DNA of 64,000 bases from Candidatus Latescibacterota bacterium (GCA_965261395.1 OZ253462.1:3424001-3488000); one strand, 5' to 3'; shown: positions 45,223 through 56,686, counted from the stretch's first letter. Numbers and translations are program-made. The notes: generated by a model from the sequence alone, not told the origin.

Positions 45223-47743
45223 CCGAGCGAGCGCAGGACTTCGAGCGGTGGGCTGGTGTGGACGCCGCGGCTGGAAATCATGCCGACAGCGACTGTTAGC
45301 AGACTGACCGCCGCAAAGGCGAGGATCAGGGACAGGTAGTTGGGCGCGAAGCTGATCTCGAAGAGATAGCGGCTCAAGGCCCAGACGCCCCCCAGCGACA
45401 GGATCGCCCCGGTTGCTGACGCAAAGGCTCCCAAAAACAGGTATTCGAGCGCCATGATCGCTACCACTTGGCGGCGACTGGCCCCCAAGGTCTTGAGCAA
45501 GACGCTTTCTTCGATGCGTTGGTAGCGGCTGCTGGCAATCACGCCGACGAGCACGATTAGACCCACAGAGACGCTGAAAAAGGCCATAAAGCGCACCACC
45601 AGCGAGACCTTGTCGAGGATGGTATTGACCGTGCTGAGGATGCTGCCGAGATCGATGACCGAGACATTGGGGAACCGCTGCACGGTGGCTCGCTGCAGGG
45701 CGGCCATTTGCTCGGTAGTGGCGGCGCGGGTGACAAGGACGTGGGATTGCGGCGCGGGTTCGAGGATGCCGGGGGAGAAGACCGCCAGAAAGTTGGGCAT
45801 GATCCGCTGCCAGTTGACGCTACGCAGACTGCCGACGACCACTTCAATCGGGACCCCTTGGACGTCGAAGGTCAGCGAATCGCCAACGCCAACGCCCAAG
45901 GAGGAGGCGACGCCCGTTTCCAAGGAGACGTAGAGGGTATCGCCCGTGGGTTGGCTGCGCCACGTGCCGGCGACGATCTCTTCGGTCTCGGTGAGGAAAT
46001 CGCGATAGGTCGCGCGGTACTCGCGCCGCAAGGCCCAATTGCCGCGTCGGCGTCTGCCAGCGGTGGTATCGCGGAGTGTAGAGCGGGCGGGTTGGCCTTT
46101 GACGCTGTGGATGTGCATGGTGACGATGGGCATCTGTTGTAACAGCGGCAGATCCATCCCTGCGACGAGGGAGCTTAGCTCTTGGCGCTGGTCGGTTTGG
46201 ATGTCGAAGAGCACGACGTTGGGGTTTTGGTCGGAGCCGACGCTTTTGATGTAGGATAGCAGGTTGGTCTGGGTCAGAAATAGGGTGCTGAGCAGGAAAG
46301 TTCCCAAGCCGAGGCCCAACATCAGCAGGGTAGTCTGGTTGTTGGGCCGATAGAGATTGGCCAGCCCCTGACGCCAGATATAGCTCCAAGAGGCGGGGAA
46401 GAACCGCCGCGTGCCGTAGATGATTGCGCGGGCTGTAAGCGTTAGGAGCGCAAAGGCGATTCCAACCCCGCCGACAAAGCCAAGGGCTAGCGGCCAGCGA
46501 TCGGTGAGTCGGTAGGCAAAGAGTACAGTCGTTAGGACGATCCCCAAGTACAAAGACCAGCGCAGCAGGCCGCTGTCGGCGGGTTGGGTGTTTTCAAAGG
46601 AGGCCCGCAGGGTCAACAGCGGCGAGGTCCCGCGAATGGCCAGCAGCGGCCGCGCGGCAAACAGCAGCGACAGGCCGACGCCGAGGACGAGACCCTCCAA
46701 GACGGCGAGGAGATCAAAGCGCGGTTCGACTTGGATGGGCAACACGTCGGCGAGGACGCTAGGGAGCAGGTAGAGGACCCCGACGCCGAGCAGGGCACCG
46801 GCGAGCGAGCCGACCAAACCCATGCCTCCGGCTTGGATTAGATAGATCAAGACGGTCTGACGGGCGGTGGCACCGAGACTGCGCAGCACGGCGACGGTGG
46901 ACAGCTTTTGCCGCGTATAGGTGTGGATGGCGCTGGCCACGCCCACGCCTCCCAGCAGCAGGGCGATAAAGCTGCCGAGGTTTAAGAAGCGATAGAGGTT
47001 GTTGAGGGTGCGGCCGAGGCGCGCCTTGCGCCTCTCGACGGTTTCGAGCCGGAGGCGGTCGCCTCGGGTGTGCGGGCGGATGGACTCGGCTAGCGCTTGG
47101 ACATCCCGCTCGGCGAAGCGGAAGAAGGCGGTGTAGGTGACCCGGCTGCCTCGTTGGATTAGGCGGGTGCGGTCGAGGTAGGACATCGGGATATAGACGC
47201 GCGGCTGGATGTCGCTGAAGAGGGTGTTCTCGCCGGGGACGCGCAGGAGGCGGCCACCAATGAGGAAGACTGTGTCACCGATCTTGATCGAGTCGCCGAC
47301 CGCTGCGCCAAACTGCAACATGAGCGCCTCGTCAACGAGGGCATGCGGCTGGGTGCGGAAGCTCTGCGCCGCGGAGGCCGGTGCCGTTTTTAGCTTGCCG
47401 TAAAAGGGAAAAGGGCCGGCGAGGGCGCGGATCTGGGCGAGGCGGGTGCCCTGGCTCTTGGGCAGGTAAATCATGGAATTGAAGGAAACTTGGCGCGCCT
47501 GAACTCCGCCGAGCGAATCTATGAGTGCCTCGGCGGCTGGCGTGAAGGGCTGACGGCTCGTCAGGGCCATATCGGCTCCTAAGAGCGCGGCGGCTTGTTG
47601 GTCCATCGCCTCTTGCAGCGTGGAGCTGAGGCTGCCCAAGCCAACGAGCGCACCAATGCCGATGGAGATCGAAGAGGTAAAAAGCAGCAGTTTGCGGCGG
47701 TGGCTGCGGCTGTCGCGCCAGGCCATTTTGCCGAGCCAGACGA

Positions 47744-47747
<4 letters not shown>
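45219..47747 (-). CDS. YbbP-like ABC transporter permease (FtsX domains)
   Basis: MAWRDSR, LLGADMAL, two FtsX TM blocks, RREYRATYR; neighbours tesA and the ATPase. Confidence 0.9.
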
Positions 47748-48417
<670 letters not shown>

Positions 48418-48433
<16 letters not shown>

Positions 48434-49329
48434 GATTTCTCCTCTGCAGGCTGGCGGTTCAGGATGCGTAGTAGGCGGTCGGGATAGTCGGTGATTAGGC
48501 CATCGACGCCTAGGTCCAGGTAGTGCTGCATGGCGTCGGGGTCGTTGATGGTCCAGACGTGGACTTGGATGTTGTGGGTGTGAGCGCGGGCGATGAAGCG
48601 CCGGTCTATCAGGTTGATCTTGCCGAGGCGGGTCGGAAACTGAAAGGCTTGGCTGGTGGGGTGATAAGCCGCGTCGAGCCGCAGCCAGTGGAGAAAGACA
48701 AAGGACATTCCTGCCGATGAAGGAGCCGAAGTCGCCACTTCGGGGCAAGTCTGGCGCAAGCTCTCTAAGGGGCGGCTGCGGAACGAGGCGGCGATGACGC
48801 GGTCGCTTAGCTCGAAGCGCCGGATCGTGCGGCAGAAGTCGCTTACTAGCGCATCGGAGTCGTCTTTGATTTCGATGAGGAAGCGCATGTTGGGAAAGGC
48901 TGTAAATACCTCGTCTAGGGTGGGGATTGCGACCCCTTGGCCGCGCCAGGGAAAGGTTCGGCCGTCTGGACTGAAATGGTAGCCGGCGTCTAGCTGTTTC
49001 AATTGAGCCAAGCTCAAGCTGTCGGCTGTGCCTTGGCCGTTGGTCGTGCGGTCAACGCGCCGGTCGTGCAGGACGATGAGTGCGCCGTCGCTGCTTTGGC
49101 GCAAGTCCATTTCTAACACATCGACCCCTAACTCGGCCGAGCGGGCAAAGGCCGCTAGCGTGTTTTCCGGTGCCAGCCCCTTGCCGCCCCGGTGGGCAAT
49201 GACCAAGACGTCCCCTGATGTGAAGTAGGGATGCGGGTCCACGGGGTGCGATGTCAGGGCGAAGGCACCGTACAACACCAGTGCCAAAAGCAGCAAGGCG
49301 ATCAAGGCCCGCTTGAGGTATAGACGCAT
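48418..49329 (-). CDS. Glycerophosphodiester phosphodiesterase
   Basis: IAHRGG..PENTLAAF, EMD, HDRRVDRTT, IEIK, WTIND, DGLITDYP. Confidence 0.95.
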
Positions 49330-49413
49330 GGATTATACAGGGGTTCTATTGAGAAAGATGGTATAGTGCGGGCGCGTAGGTCGGCGGCATCCTTCGCGCC
49401 CGCTTTTGTTCGG

Positions 49414-51675
49414 TCAATCGTCCACATAGACCGGTGGGGGCAGCCCCTCAAGTGAGCAAAAGGGGATTGCTTCGGCGACGGGTTTCGCAGCCGTTGGGGA
49501 GGGTAGCACGTAGGGATCGGCTTCGGAGAGATTGACCGAGTAGCCCAGATCGCTCAGCGCTTGAAGCGTTATGGCTGAAAGGGCATCACCATTGCTTGGG
49601 GCCATAAGCTCACCGGAGAGAACGCTACGGTGCCAATGCCCACCACCTGGTTCGGTTGGGACTTTTGCACCTTGATAATCGGTACCCCCGGCTTGATCAA
49701 AAGCCGCAATCGCCTGCGGCCCGGCAAAATGAACATCGCTATTTAGCTCGCGAAGCATTCCGCTGTCTTCCCAGGTGGTACCGATTCCTAAAACGTGTCC
49801 TACTTCATGGAGTCCTACCTCCCATAGAAGATCATCGAATCGAGTAGAAGTCGCTATATCAATTCCGATACAACCAATGATCGGCAAAGAGCTTGAACGC
49901 AATAGAATGGGACCCCCATAGCCCCTCACTGGTGCTCCGTAAGGAGTTATTTTGTCAAACTTCGTTATATAAATTCGCAGGTTATCTATTTGTTCGCCGG
50001 CAGGTACGCTAAGCAGGTGAGAGCCACATTGTCCGGTCCATGTATTAGAAAACTCGTAATCTGGAAGTTCCGTCTGTATCACCAATTCCCAACGATTCGC
50101 AATACGGTGCCACATCTCTTGTTCCGCCTTTGTGAAATCGTCCTCTGTGAAATTATCATCCTCAAGAAAGACTAAATCAATACGAAAGGGACTTTCCGTA
50201 TCTGGAAAATGTACTACAGAAGAAAAAGACACATCGACACCACGGAGTTGAAGGTCTGGTATATGTTCGTTTATAGAGGTTGTACTTAAAGGATTATCCT
50301 CAGCCTTTAGTTCTTCCAGGACACGTAACGCTTTCACCGGCGTGATATCAGATACCTGATTGGCAGTAAAATATAACTGTTCTAGGTTGGTTAAATTGGT
50401 CAATGGCGTGATATTAGATACCTGATTGACACCAAAATATAACTGTTCTAGGCTGGTTAAATTGGTCAATGGCGTGATATCAGATACCTGATTGGCAGTA
50501 AAATATAACTCTTCCAGCTTGGTTAAATTGGCCAATGGCGTGATGTCAGATACCTGATTGACACTGAGATCTAACTGTTCTAGGTTGGTTAAGTTGGCCA
50601 ATGGCGTGATATCAGATACCTGATTGTAATCAATAAGCAACTGTTCTAGGTTGGTTAAGTTGGCCAATGGCGTGATATTAGATACCTGACTATAAGTAAT
50701 AATTAGATTTTCTAGGTTGGTTAAGTTGGCCAATGGCGTGATATTAGATACCTGACTATAAGCAATAATTAGATTTTCTAGGTTGGTTAAGTTGGCCAAT
50801 GGTGTGATATCAGATAATTGACTGGTATCAAAAGTTACTACAAGGTTGACTGAGCTTCCCACTGGAATGGTATTAAATGTCCAACCAAAAATAATAAGTG
50901 AAGTTTCTAGCAGACGCTTAGTTCCTTTTTCCACTGGAGGAATAGCAAGTATATTATGGGGATGAAGATATAACTCTTCCAGCTTGGTTAAGTTGGCCAA
51001 TGGGGAGAGGGAGACATTAGAAAACTGATCGAAGCCGAGAGATAGATATCGCAGCTCGGCTAGGTTCTCCAATGGGGAAAGATCAGATAGCTGACTAAAT
51101 TCAAGAGATAGATATTGCAGCTTGGTTAAGTTGGCCAATGGCGTGATATCAGAAATATGATTGTCATCAAGACGCAAACTTTCTAGCTTGGTTAAGTTGG
51201 CCAATGGCGTGAGATCATATACCTGATTTTCCGTGATAGATAGAGTGCGCAGATTCTTCGCTGTTTCTAAGCCTCTGATGTCATCAATTATTCTTCTTTC
51301 GCCTCTTACAGAATAGCTTCCTAACCGAAAGGATTGTAGAGTATTCATATCAGCTTGAGTGATCGTCTCATCGGGTCTCTTCCCTAGCATCGCCTTCAGG
51401 ATGGTCCTCAGATCCGTATTCGGGATAAAGACCCCATCAGACGGCGAGGAGTTATCGGGCGACGCAACCGAGGAGCTGTCGGATTCGGTATGCCTGTCCG
51501 CCTCGTCGTCCTCAGGCGCAGTATGCCCACCCGATCCTTCGGGTGCTTGATGGGTGCCTTCCCCTAAAATGTCGCATAAGGCGCAGTTGCTTTTGCCAGC
51601 GGGTGCCGTCGGCGTCGGCTCTTTTGAGCATGAGAGGGCACAGAATAGGGCAAGGGGTAGGACCAAGCGCAGCAT
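49414..51675 (-). CDS. Lipoprotein with internalin-type LRRs and C-terminal leishmanolysin-like (M8) zinc metalloprotease
   Basis: Lipobox ALSC; 22-aa LTNLExLxLxxNQVSDITPLAN repeats; HEVGHVLGIG, GHW, ELM, ITLQALSDLGY. Confidence 0.85.
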   Translation of the reverse strand: MLRLVLPLALFCALSCSKEPTPTAPAGKSNCALCDILGEGTHQAPEGSGGHTAPEDDEADRHTESDSSSVASPDNSSPSDGVFIPNTDLRTILKAMLGKRPDETITQADMNTLQSFRLGSYSVRGERRIIDDIRGLETAKNLRTLSITENQVYDLTPLANLTKLESLRLDDNHISDITPLANLTKLQYLSLEFSQLSDLSPLENLAELRYLSLGFDQFSNVSLSPLANLTKLEELYLHPHNILAIPPVEKGTKRLLETSLIIFGWTFNTIPVGSSVNLVVTFDTSQLSDITPLANLTNLENLIIAYSQVSNITPLANLTNLENLIITYSQVSNITPLANLTNLEQLLIDYNQVSDITPLANLTNLEQLDLSVNQVSDITPLANLTKLEELYFTANQVSDITPLTNLTSLEQLYFGVNQVSNITPLTNLTNLEQLYFTANQVSDITPVKALRVLEELKAEDNPLSTTSINEHIPDLQLRGVDVSFSSVVHFPDTESPFRIDLVFLEDDNFTEDDFTKAEQEMWHRIANRWELVIQTELPDYEFSNTWTGQCGSHLLSVPAGEQIDNLRIYITKFDKITPYGAPVRGYGGPILLRSSSLPIIGCIGIDIATSTRFDDLLWEVGLHEVGHVLGIGTTWEDSGMLRELNSDVHFAGPQAIAAFDQAGGTDYQGAKVPTEPGGGHWHRSVLSGELMAPSNGDALSAITLQALSDLGYSVNLSEADPYVLPSPTAAKPVAEAIPFCSLEGLPPPVYVDD
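50339..50820 (-). repeat. Tandem 66-bp LRR-coding repeats (about 7 near-identical units, more degenerate units up to ~51230)
   Basis: Recurrent ggcgtgatat(c/t)agatacctga...ctaggttggttaa(g/a)ttgg(c/t)caat with 66-nt period. Confidence 0.9.
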
Positions 51676-51829
51676 GGGCTTCCTTAAAAGGAGGGGATAG
51701 CCTAGAGTAGAGGAAACGGTAGAGACTTAAGTTTGCAGGAATATATCAGGTGGCTGGATTCGGGCAAGTTTTAAGCTGCCCGTTTCTTCTTTATGTTAGC
51801 CGCTGGATGAACACGGAAAGGAGCCGTCA

Positions 51830-52645
51830 ATGATCGTCGATACACACGCACATATTTACCACGAAGACGAGACGCAATACCCCATGATAGAAGACCCCTT
51901 CCGCCCATCGCCGGGCATAGGGACCATCGAACACTTGCGGCGCGAGGCCCAGGCCAATGGCATTGGGCGCGTGGTGCTGATTCAGACCGGGTCGGCCTAT
52001 CGCTGGGATAATCGGTTGTTGGCCGATACGGCCCGAGCCAATGCCGACTGGACGGTAGGGGTTTGCACGTTGGACCCGGCCGGGGACGATAGCTCTGACG
52101 AGCTAGAGCGGCTGGTGACCGGATACAACGTCAAGGGAGTCCGCCTCGAAGCCGCGCCCGCGGGGTACGACCAGCCTGGGGCAGAGCGGCTCTGGCGTCG
52201 GGCTGGCGAAATCGGCGCGGTAATCTGCGCCCATTTGCGCCGGGAGCAACTCGGCGAGTTGGCAGCTTTGCTAGCGCGGTTCCCCCACGTCCCGGTGGTG
52301 TTGGACCATTGCGCCTATCCGGTGGGGGCTAACGGGATCGAGGACGCGGCGGTGCGCCAAGCGGCGGATTTGGCGCGCTTTGACCAGCTCCACGCCAAGC
52401 TCACCTTTGCGGTGCCTAGCTCACAGCAGGAGTACCCCTTTGCCGATACGCACCCGCAATTGCGCCATTTGCTCTCAGCTTTTGGCCCCGAGCGCTGTAT
52501 CTGGGGATCGGATTTCCCGTGCGAGCACTGGTTGGAAAAAGCGACCTACGCCCAGCACTTGGCGGTATTTACCGAAGAATTGGGGCTGAGCGCGGCGGAG
52601 CAGGAGCAGGTGTTGGGCGAGACGGCCATGCGGCTGTTTTTTTAG
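51830..52645 (+). CDS. Amidohydrolase_2 family protein (sugar-lactonase-like)
   Basis: IVDTHAH, KGVRL, VVLDHC, FGPERCIWGSDFP. Confidence 0.9.
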   Translation: MIVDTHAHIYHEDETQYPMIEDPFRPSPGIGTIEHLRREAQANGIGRVVLIQTGSAYRWDNRLLADTARANADWTVGVCTLDPAGDDSSDELERLVTGYNVKGVRLEAAPAGYDQPGAERLWRRAGEIGAVICAHLRREQLGELAALLARFPHVPVVLDHCAYPVGANGIEDAAVRQAADLARFDQLHAKLTFAVPSSQQEYPFADTHPQLRHLLSAFGPERCIWGSDFPCEHWLEKATYAQHLAVFTEELGLSAAEQEQVLGETAMRLFF

Positions 52646-53373
52646 CACCGCCGCCAGAGCGAGGGACGCGCCGCCTTGTAATAGTGGTCTAACCGCTGGA
52701 TTAGATCGGCGGGCAAGGGCGTCAGGAGAGGAAGTGCCGTACGCACTTGGGCTTCGGCTGCGGTGAGATCTGAAGTTTTAAGCTGCAAGCCAGCGGGTAA
52801 GTGCCGCGAGAAGGCCACTTGTTGGTTGAGCCGCTCGACGCAAGCGTTGGCTTGGCGCAGAGAGGCTAGGTACTCGGCGGTGGCGACTTCGATGCGGCGG
52901 TTGTAGGCGGCGACGAGTTCGGCTAGGCGTCTGGCACCGTCGAGCAAGGCGCGACGGGCGGGCAAGGGCGCATCCTCTGGTGCGGAGAAATATTCGGGCC
53001 AAGTCGGTAGACCGAGAGCGGCCAATGCGGTTGGACGGTCGGGGAAGAAGTGGCACAGGGCCGGGGCTTGGGCACAAATTTTGGCCTTTAACGCCGACAG
53101 GTAGTCCTTTTGCGTCGCTAGTGTTTGGCTGGCTTGGTCGCGAAGCTGTTCGGCGTCGCGGCGGTCCTGCAAGGCTTGGGGCAACACCGCGTTGTCCTTG
53201 AGCAGCTTGCCGGCGATGCGGTGTTCGGGGCCGCTGGCAAAGTAAGCGCTCAGGTCGAGGGGTTGCCCTTTGCCGGGCAGCGCGGCAAAATCCTCGCCGG
53301 CGATGGCTTGGGCCAACAGTTCGTCAACACTGCGCCATTCGGGGCGGCCGTCGGGCTGGCGTCGGGGCGGCAT
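52642..53373 (-). CDS. DUF1992 (DnaJ-associated) domain protein
   Basis: VDELLAQAIAGEDFAALPGKGQPLDL...LLKDNAVLP. Confidence 0.75.
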   Translation of the reverse strand: MPPRRQPDGRPEWRSVDELLAQAIAGEDFAALPGKGQPLDLSAYFASGPEHRIAGKLLKDNAVLPQALQDRRDAEQLRDQASQTLATQKDYLSALKAKICAQAPALCHFFPDRPTALAALGLPTWPEYFSAPEDAPLPARRALLDGARRLAELVAAYNRRIEVATAEYLASLRQANACVERLNQQVAFSRHLPAGLQLKTSDLTAAEAQVRTALPLLTPLPADLIQRLDHYYKAARPSLWRRC

Positions 53374-53615
53374 GGAAAACTCCTTCACTTTCGTTCGCAG
53401 ACGTAATCGAAGACAACGACCGCTACATGGGCGCAAACGGCCGGTGGCGGTACTTAGCAGCTTGCTCTTTCTCTTGCACGATGGCGCGACTTAATAAAAA
53501 TAAACAGCGGCCCGAGGTGAGTAAATCTCTTGTCGCGATCGCGGCCCGAGGAATTGTACTATGACGACACAGTGGATTATAGCTCGATGTGCTCTTTCAA
53601 GTCGCCGACCTGATG

Positions 53616-54473
53616 GAGTTTGATATGGGTGCGGTGGCAGTCATTGGCTCGGCGACGATAGACCGCGTGGTACAAGGCGGCGCGAGCGCGTACAAGCGCG
53701 GGGGGGTGGTTGCGTATGCTGGGCTGACCTTTGCCGAGTTGGGCGTAAAGACGCGGGTGTTGACCAACGTCGCCGAGGCTGACCGGGCGATGCTGGCGGT
53801 TTTGCAGCAACGGGGTATTGCAGTCTATGTGGGTGAGAGCGCGGCGACGACCTGTTTTGTCAATTACGTCGATGGCGACGCACGGCGTCAGGAGTTGCTC
53901 GCTTGCGCCGCGCCGATTGCCGCGGCTCAACTCGGGCCGGTGCTCGCTGGTGTGGAGCACGTGCATTTGGGACCGCTACACCCGCATGATTTGGCCGAGG
54001 ACGTGCTGACGGCGATGGACGGTGTGGTGAGTTTGGACATCCAAGGCTATGTGCGGCGGATTGAGGGGACGCAGGTGTACCAAGAGGTTGCTAGCGGTCT
54101 GTATGCCGCCCTGCTACGCGCGGACTATGTCAAAACTTCCAACGATGAATTAGAACTCGTACTCGCTGATTGCGGCCTGACGCTGGACCAGTTGATGCGC
54201 GATTACTCGGTGGCAGAGTGGATCGTCACCGAAGGCTCGCACGGCGGCTGGGTCGCCAGTCGGCAAGGGACGCGGACGAAGTTTACGTCGGCCCCGGTGG
54301 CGACGGTCGCTGATCCCACGGGGGCCGGGGACGTGTTTTTCGCCGCGTATTTGGCGCATCGTCTGCACCGAGGAGTGGGGATTGCTACGGCCGCTCAGCG
54401 CGCTGCGGTGTTGGCTGCACGCCAAGTGGAGGGCGGTTTTATCGACGCGGTAATGTTGCGCTTGGAGGGTTGA
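53616..54473 (+). CDS. PfkB-family carbohydrate kinase
   Basis: GGVVAYAG, LDIQG, VTEGSHG, DPTGAGDVF; start uncertain. Confidence 0.9.
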   Translation, partial: EFDMGAVAVIGSATIDRVVQGGASAYKRGGVVAYAGLTFAELGVKTRVLTNVAEADRAMLAVLQQRGIAVYVGESAATTCFVNYVDGDARRQELLACAAPIAAAQLGPVLAGVEHVHLGPLHPHDLAEDVLTAMDGVVSLDIQGYVRRIEGTQVYQEVASGLYAALLRADYVKTSNDELELVLADCGLTLDQLMRDYSVAEWIVTEGSHGGWVASRQGTRTKFTSAPVATVADPTGAGDVFFAAYLAHRLHRGVGIATAAQRAAVLAARQVEGGFIDAVMLRLEG

Positions 54474-54482
54474 CTGCTGTGT

Positions 54483-55331
54483 TCAGCACTCGGCGCCGCG
54501 CACTTCGCCGCCGAAGTGCTGCATGCGCTCGTCGGTGTCGATCTGGCCAGCGCTGGTGGGTCGGTAGTGTAGCTGTAAGGCGCGGCGCATTTTTTGCGAG
54601 GGGTTAGTCGGGCTGCCGTGGTGGGTCATGCCGTGCCAGAGCAGGCAACCGCCAGGAGCGAGGGGCACGACGACGTCGCGCTCGGTCTGGACATCGGTGT
54701 CGCAGATCTGCCAATCGCGGCGCTTGAAGTGATTGACCGGACCTTCGCGGTGGGTGCCGGGCAAGATGTGCAGGCAGCCGTTTTCCGCGCTGGCGTGGTC
54801 TAAGGAGATCCAAACGCCAATGATGGTGGTGCCCAAGGGATAGTTGAAGTACGCGCAGTCTTGGTGCCAGGGTTTTTCCCGGCCCCCAGGCGGCTTGAGC
54901 AGGGCCATCTCTTGGAAGAGAACGGGCGTGTCGCCCATCAGGCGGGCGAGGACGTCCAAGAGATCCGGGTCGGCGGCCAGCGGTTGAAAGCGCACATCCC
55001 AATCGACGAAATTCATCAGCTTGCGCACCGCCTCACGCCGCGCTGCGCCCGCCAGCTTTTGGCCCTGCGCGGAGACTTCGAGTTGGACGCCGCGAAATTC
55101 GGGCTGTTTGCCGTCAATTAGATCGTACACCGCGTCGCCAGCGGCAGCGACTTGGGCAGGAGAAAACGCCTCTGCTACCGCGAGGTAGCCCTGTTGGTGA
55201 AAGAAGGCTAGCTGCTCGGGGCCGATGTCGGCGAAGCGGGCGACCTGCTGGGCCGCGGCGTCGTAGCGGTAGCGGTCTGGGGCGCAGTCGGCGTGGACGC
55301 CGTCGTCAATGATCGGTTGGGCGCTGGTCAT
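54483..55331 (-). CDS. Phytanoyl-CoA dioxygenase (PhyH) family protein
   Basis: KPWHQD, VWISLD..ENGCL..PGTH, HHGSPTN. Confidence 0.9.
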   Translation of the reverse strand: MTSAQPIIDDGVHADCAPDRYRYDAAAQQVARFADIGPEQLAFFHQQGYLAVAEAFSPAQVAAAGDAVYDLIDGKQPEFRGVQLEVSAQGQKLAGAARREAVRKLMNFVDWDVRFQPLAADPDLLDVLARLMGDTPVLFQEMALLKPPGGREKPWHQDCAYFNYPLGTTIIGVWISLDHASAENGCLHILPGTHREGPVNHFKRRDWQICDTDVQTERDVVVPLAPGGCLLWHGMTHHGSPTNPSQKMRRALQLHYRPTSAGQIDTDERMQHFGGEVRGAEC

Positions 55332-55561
55332 GTCTGCTCAGCCTCTTCTCCCTCATCCATTGACCGGTCTCGGACCAAGATCGCCATGGGAATCAGTACG
55401 CAGTAGCCGACCACTAGCAGCACGGGCGCGAGGGTGAGGGAGAGGAAACCCTCGGCCGGTGGGATGCGCAAAAACACATAGCCGAGCAAAATCGCGGCTA
55501 AGCCGGCTATGGCCAAGGACCAGTTTTTGCGCGTAAAAGGGAGGTCGCCGTATCGGGCCAT
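55328..55561 (-). CDS. DUF3098-like small membrane protein
   Basis: PFTRKNW..IxxGY..SLTLAPVLLVVGYCVLIPMAI. Confidence 0.75.
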   Translation of the reverse strand: MARYGDLPFTRKNWSLAIAGLAAILLGYVFLRIPPAEGFLSLTLAPVLLVVGYCVLIPMAILVRDRSMDEGEEAEQT

Positions 55562-55575
55562 GGCGTGGCCCCCTC

Positions 55576-55929
55576 TTACCGCGTCCCCTTTTGGGGAATG
55601 CGGGCGGAGCGACCTTTGCGACCGCGTAGGTAAAAGAGGCGGGCGCGGCGCACCCGGCCCTCGCGCATGCGCTCGATCTTGGCGAGGCGCGGCGAGTGCA
55701 GGGGAAAAATGCGCTCGATGGCGATGCCCTGAGAGATCTTGCGCACGGTAAAGGTCTCTTGGATGCCGCTGCCTTTGCGCTGGATGACGGTTCCTTCAAA
55801 GACTTGGGTGCGTTCCTTGTCGCCCTCGATGACCCGCACGTATATGCGCACGGTGTCGCCAGCGTTGAATTCGGGAATATCGGTTTTGAGTTGGTCCGAT
55901 GTTAGTTCACGCAGGATGCTTGCGTCCAT
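55576..55929 (-). CDS. rplS: 50S ribosomal protein L19
   Basis: PEFNAGDTVRI..IEGDKERTQVFEG..ETFTVRKIS..ERIFPLHSP..GRVRRARLFYLR. Confidence 0.98.
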   Translation of the reverse strand: MDASILRELTSDQLKTDIPEFNAGDTVRIYVRVIEGDKERTQVFEGTVIQRKGSGIQETFTVRKISQGIAIERIFPLHSPRLAKIERMREGRVRRARLFYLRGRKGRSARIPQKGTR

Positions 55930-55945
55930 TGTATCACCTTGTTTG

Positions 55946-56686
55946 TTACGGGGCTTCTTCCAGCCCTTGCTCGTGCCAAGTGGCGATGAGCTGTTGTTCT
56001 TCTTCGTCGAGTTCGATCTGTTGCAGCAAGTCGGGTCGGCGCGCAAACGTGCGCCGCAGGGCTTGGCGTCGCCGCCAATGTTCGATGCGCTCGTGGTCGC
56101 CCGAAAGCAGCGCATCGGGGACGCGCTGGCCGCGGAATTCAAGCGGCCGAGTGTACCAAGGGCAATCGAGTACGGCCTCTTGGAACGAGTCGTCCAAGGC
56201 CGAAGAAAAGTTGCCCAAAACGTTGGGTATGAGCCGTACCACAGCGTCGATGAGGACGAGGGCGGCCGGCTCGCCGCCGGTGAGCACGTAGTCGCCGACC
56301 GAAACTTCTTGGTCGATAAGCTCGGTGCGGATCCGCTCGTCCACGCCTTTGTAATGCCCGCACAACAGCACCAAGCGCTCCTCGAGCGCCAGCTCGACGG
56401 CGAGGGCTTGGTTGAGCGGCTGGCCGTCGGCTGTCAGGTAGATGCAGCGGCTGGCCGCTAAGCCCCGCTCCTGCCAGAGACGGTACACGGGCTCGGGCTT
56501 GAGGACCATGCCGCCGCCGCCGCCGTAGGGCGCGTCATCTACGGTGCGGTGTTTGTCGGTTGCACAATCGCGTGGGTCGTGGGTCTCGACAGCCAATAAG
56601 CCCCGGGCGATTGCGCGGGCCATCATGCTGGTCGCCAACGGCGAGGCGAAAAAATCCGGAAAGAGAGTTACGATGTCTATTTTCAT
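55946..56686 (-). CDS. trmD: tRNA (guanine37-N1)-methyltransferase
   Basis: VDDAPYGGGGGMV, LCGHYKGVDER, SVGDYVLTGGE, YTRP, LLSGDH. Confidence 0.98.
   Translation of the reverse strand: MKIDIVTLFPDFFASPLATSMMARAIARGLLAVETHDPRDCATDKHRTVDDAPYGGGGGMVLKPEPVYRLWQERGLAASRCIYLTADGQPLNQALAVELALEERLVLLCGHYKGVDERIRTELIDQEVSVGDYVLTGGEPAALVLIDAVVRLIPNVLGNFSSALDDSFQEAVLDCPWYTRPLEFRGQRVPDALLSGDHERIEHWRRRQALRRTFARRPDLLQQIELDEEEQQLIATWHEQGLEEAP

Noticed and set aside
49368-49407. GC hairpin downstream of the LRR gene as its terminator
   Set aside because: The U-tract is on the + strand, opposite to the gene's direction; function unclear, so it is not called.
50339-50820. 66-bp periodic repeats as a CRISPR array
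   Set aside because: They are in-frame LRR codons within a long ORF, the 'spacers' are homologous to each other, and no cas genes are present.
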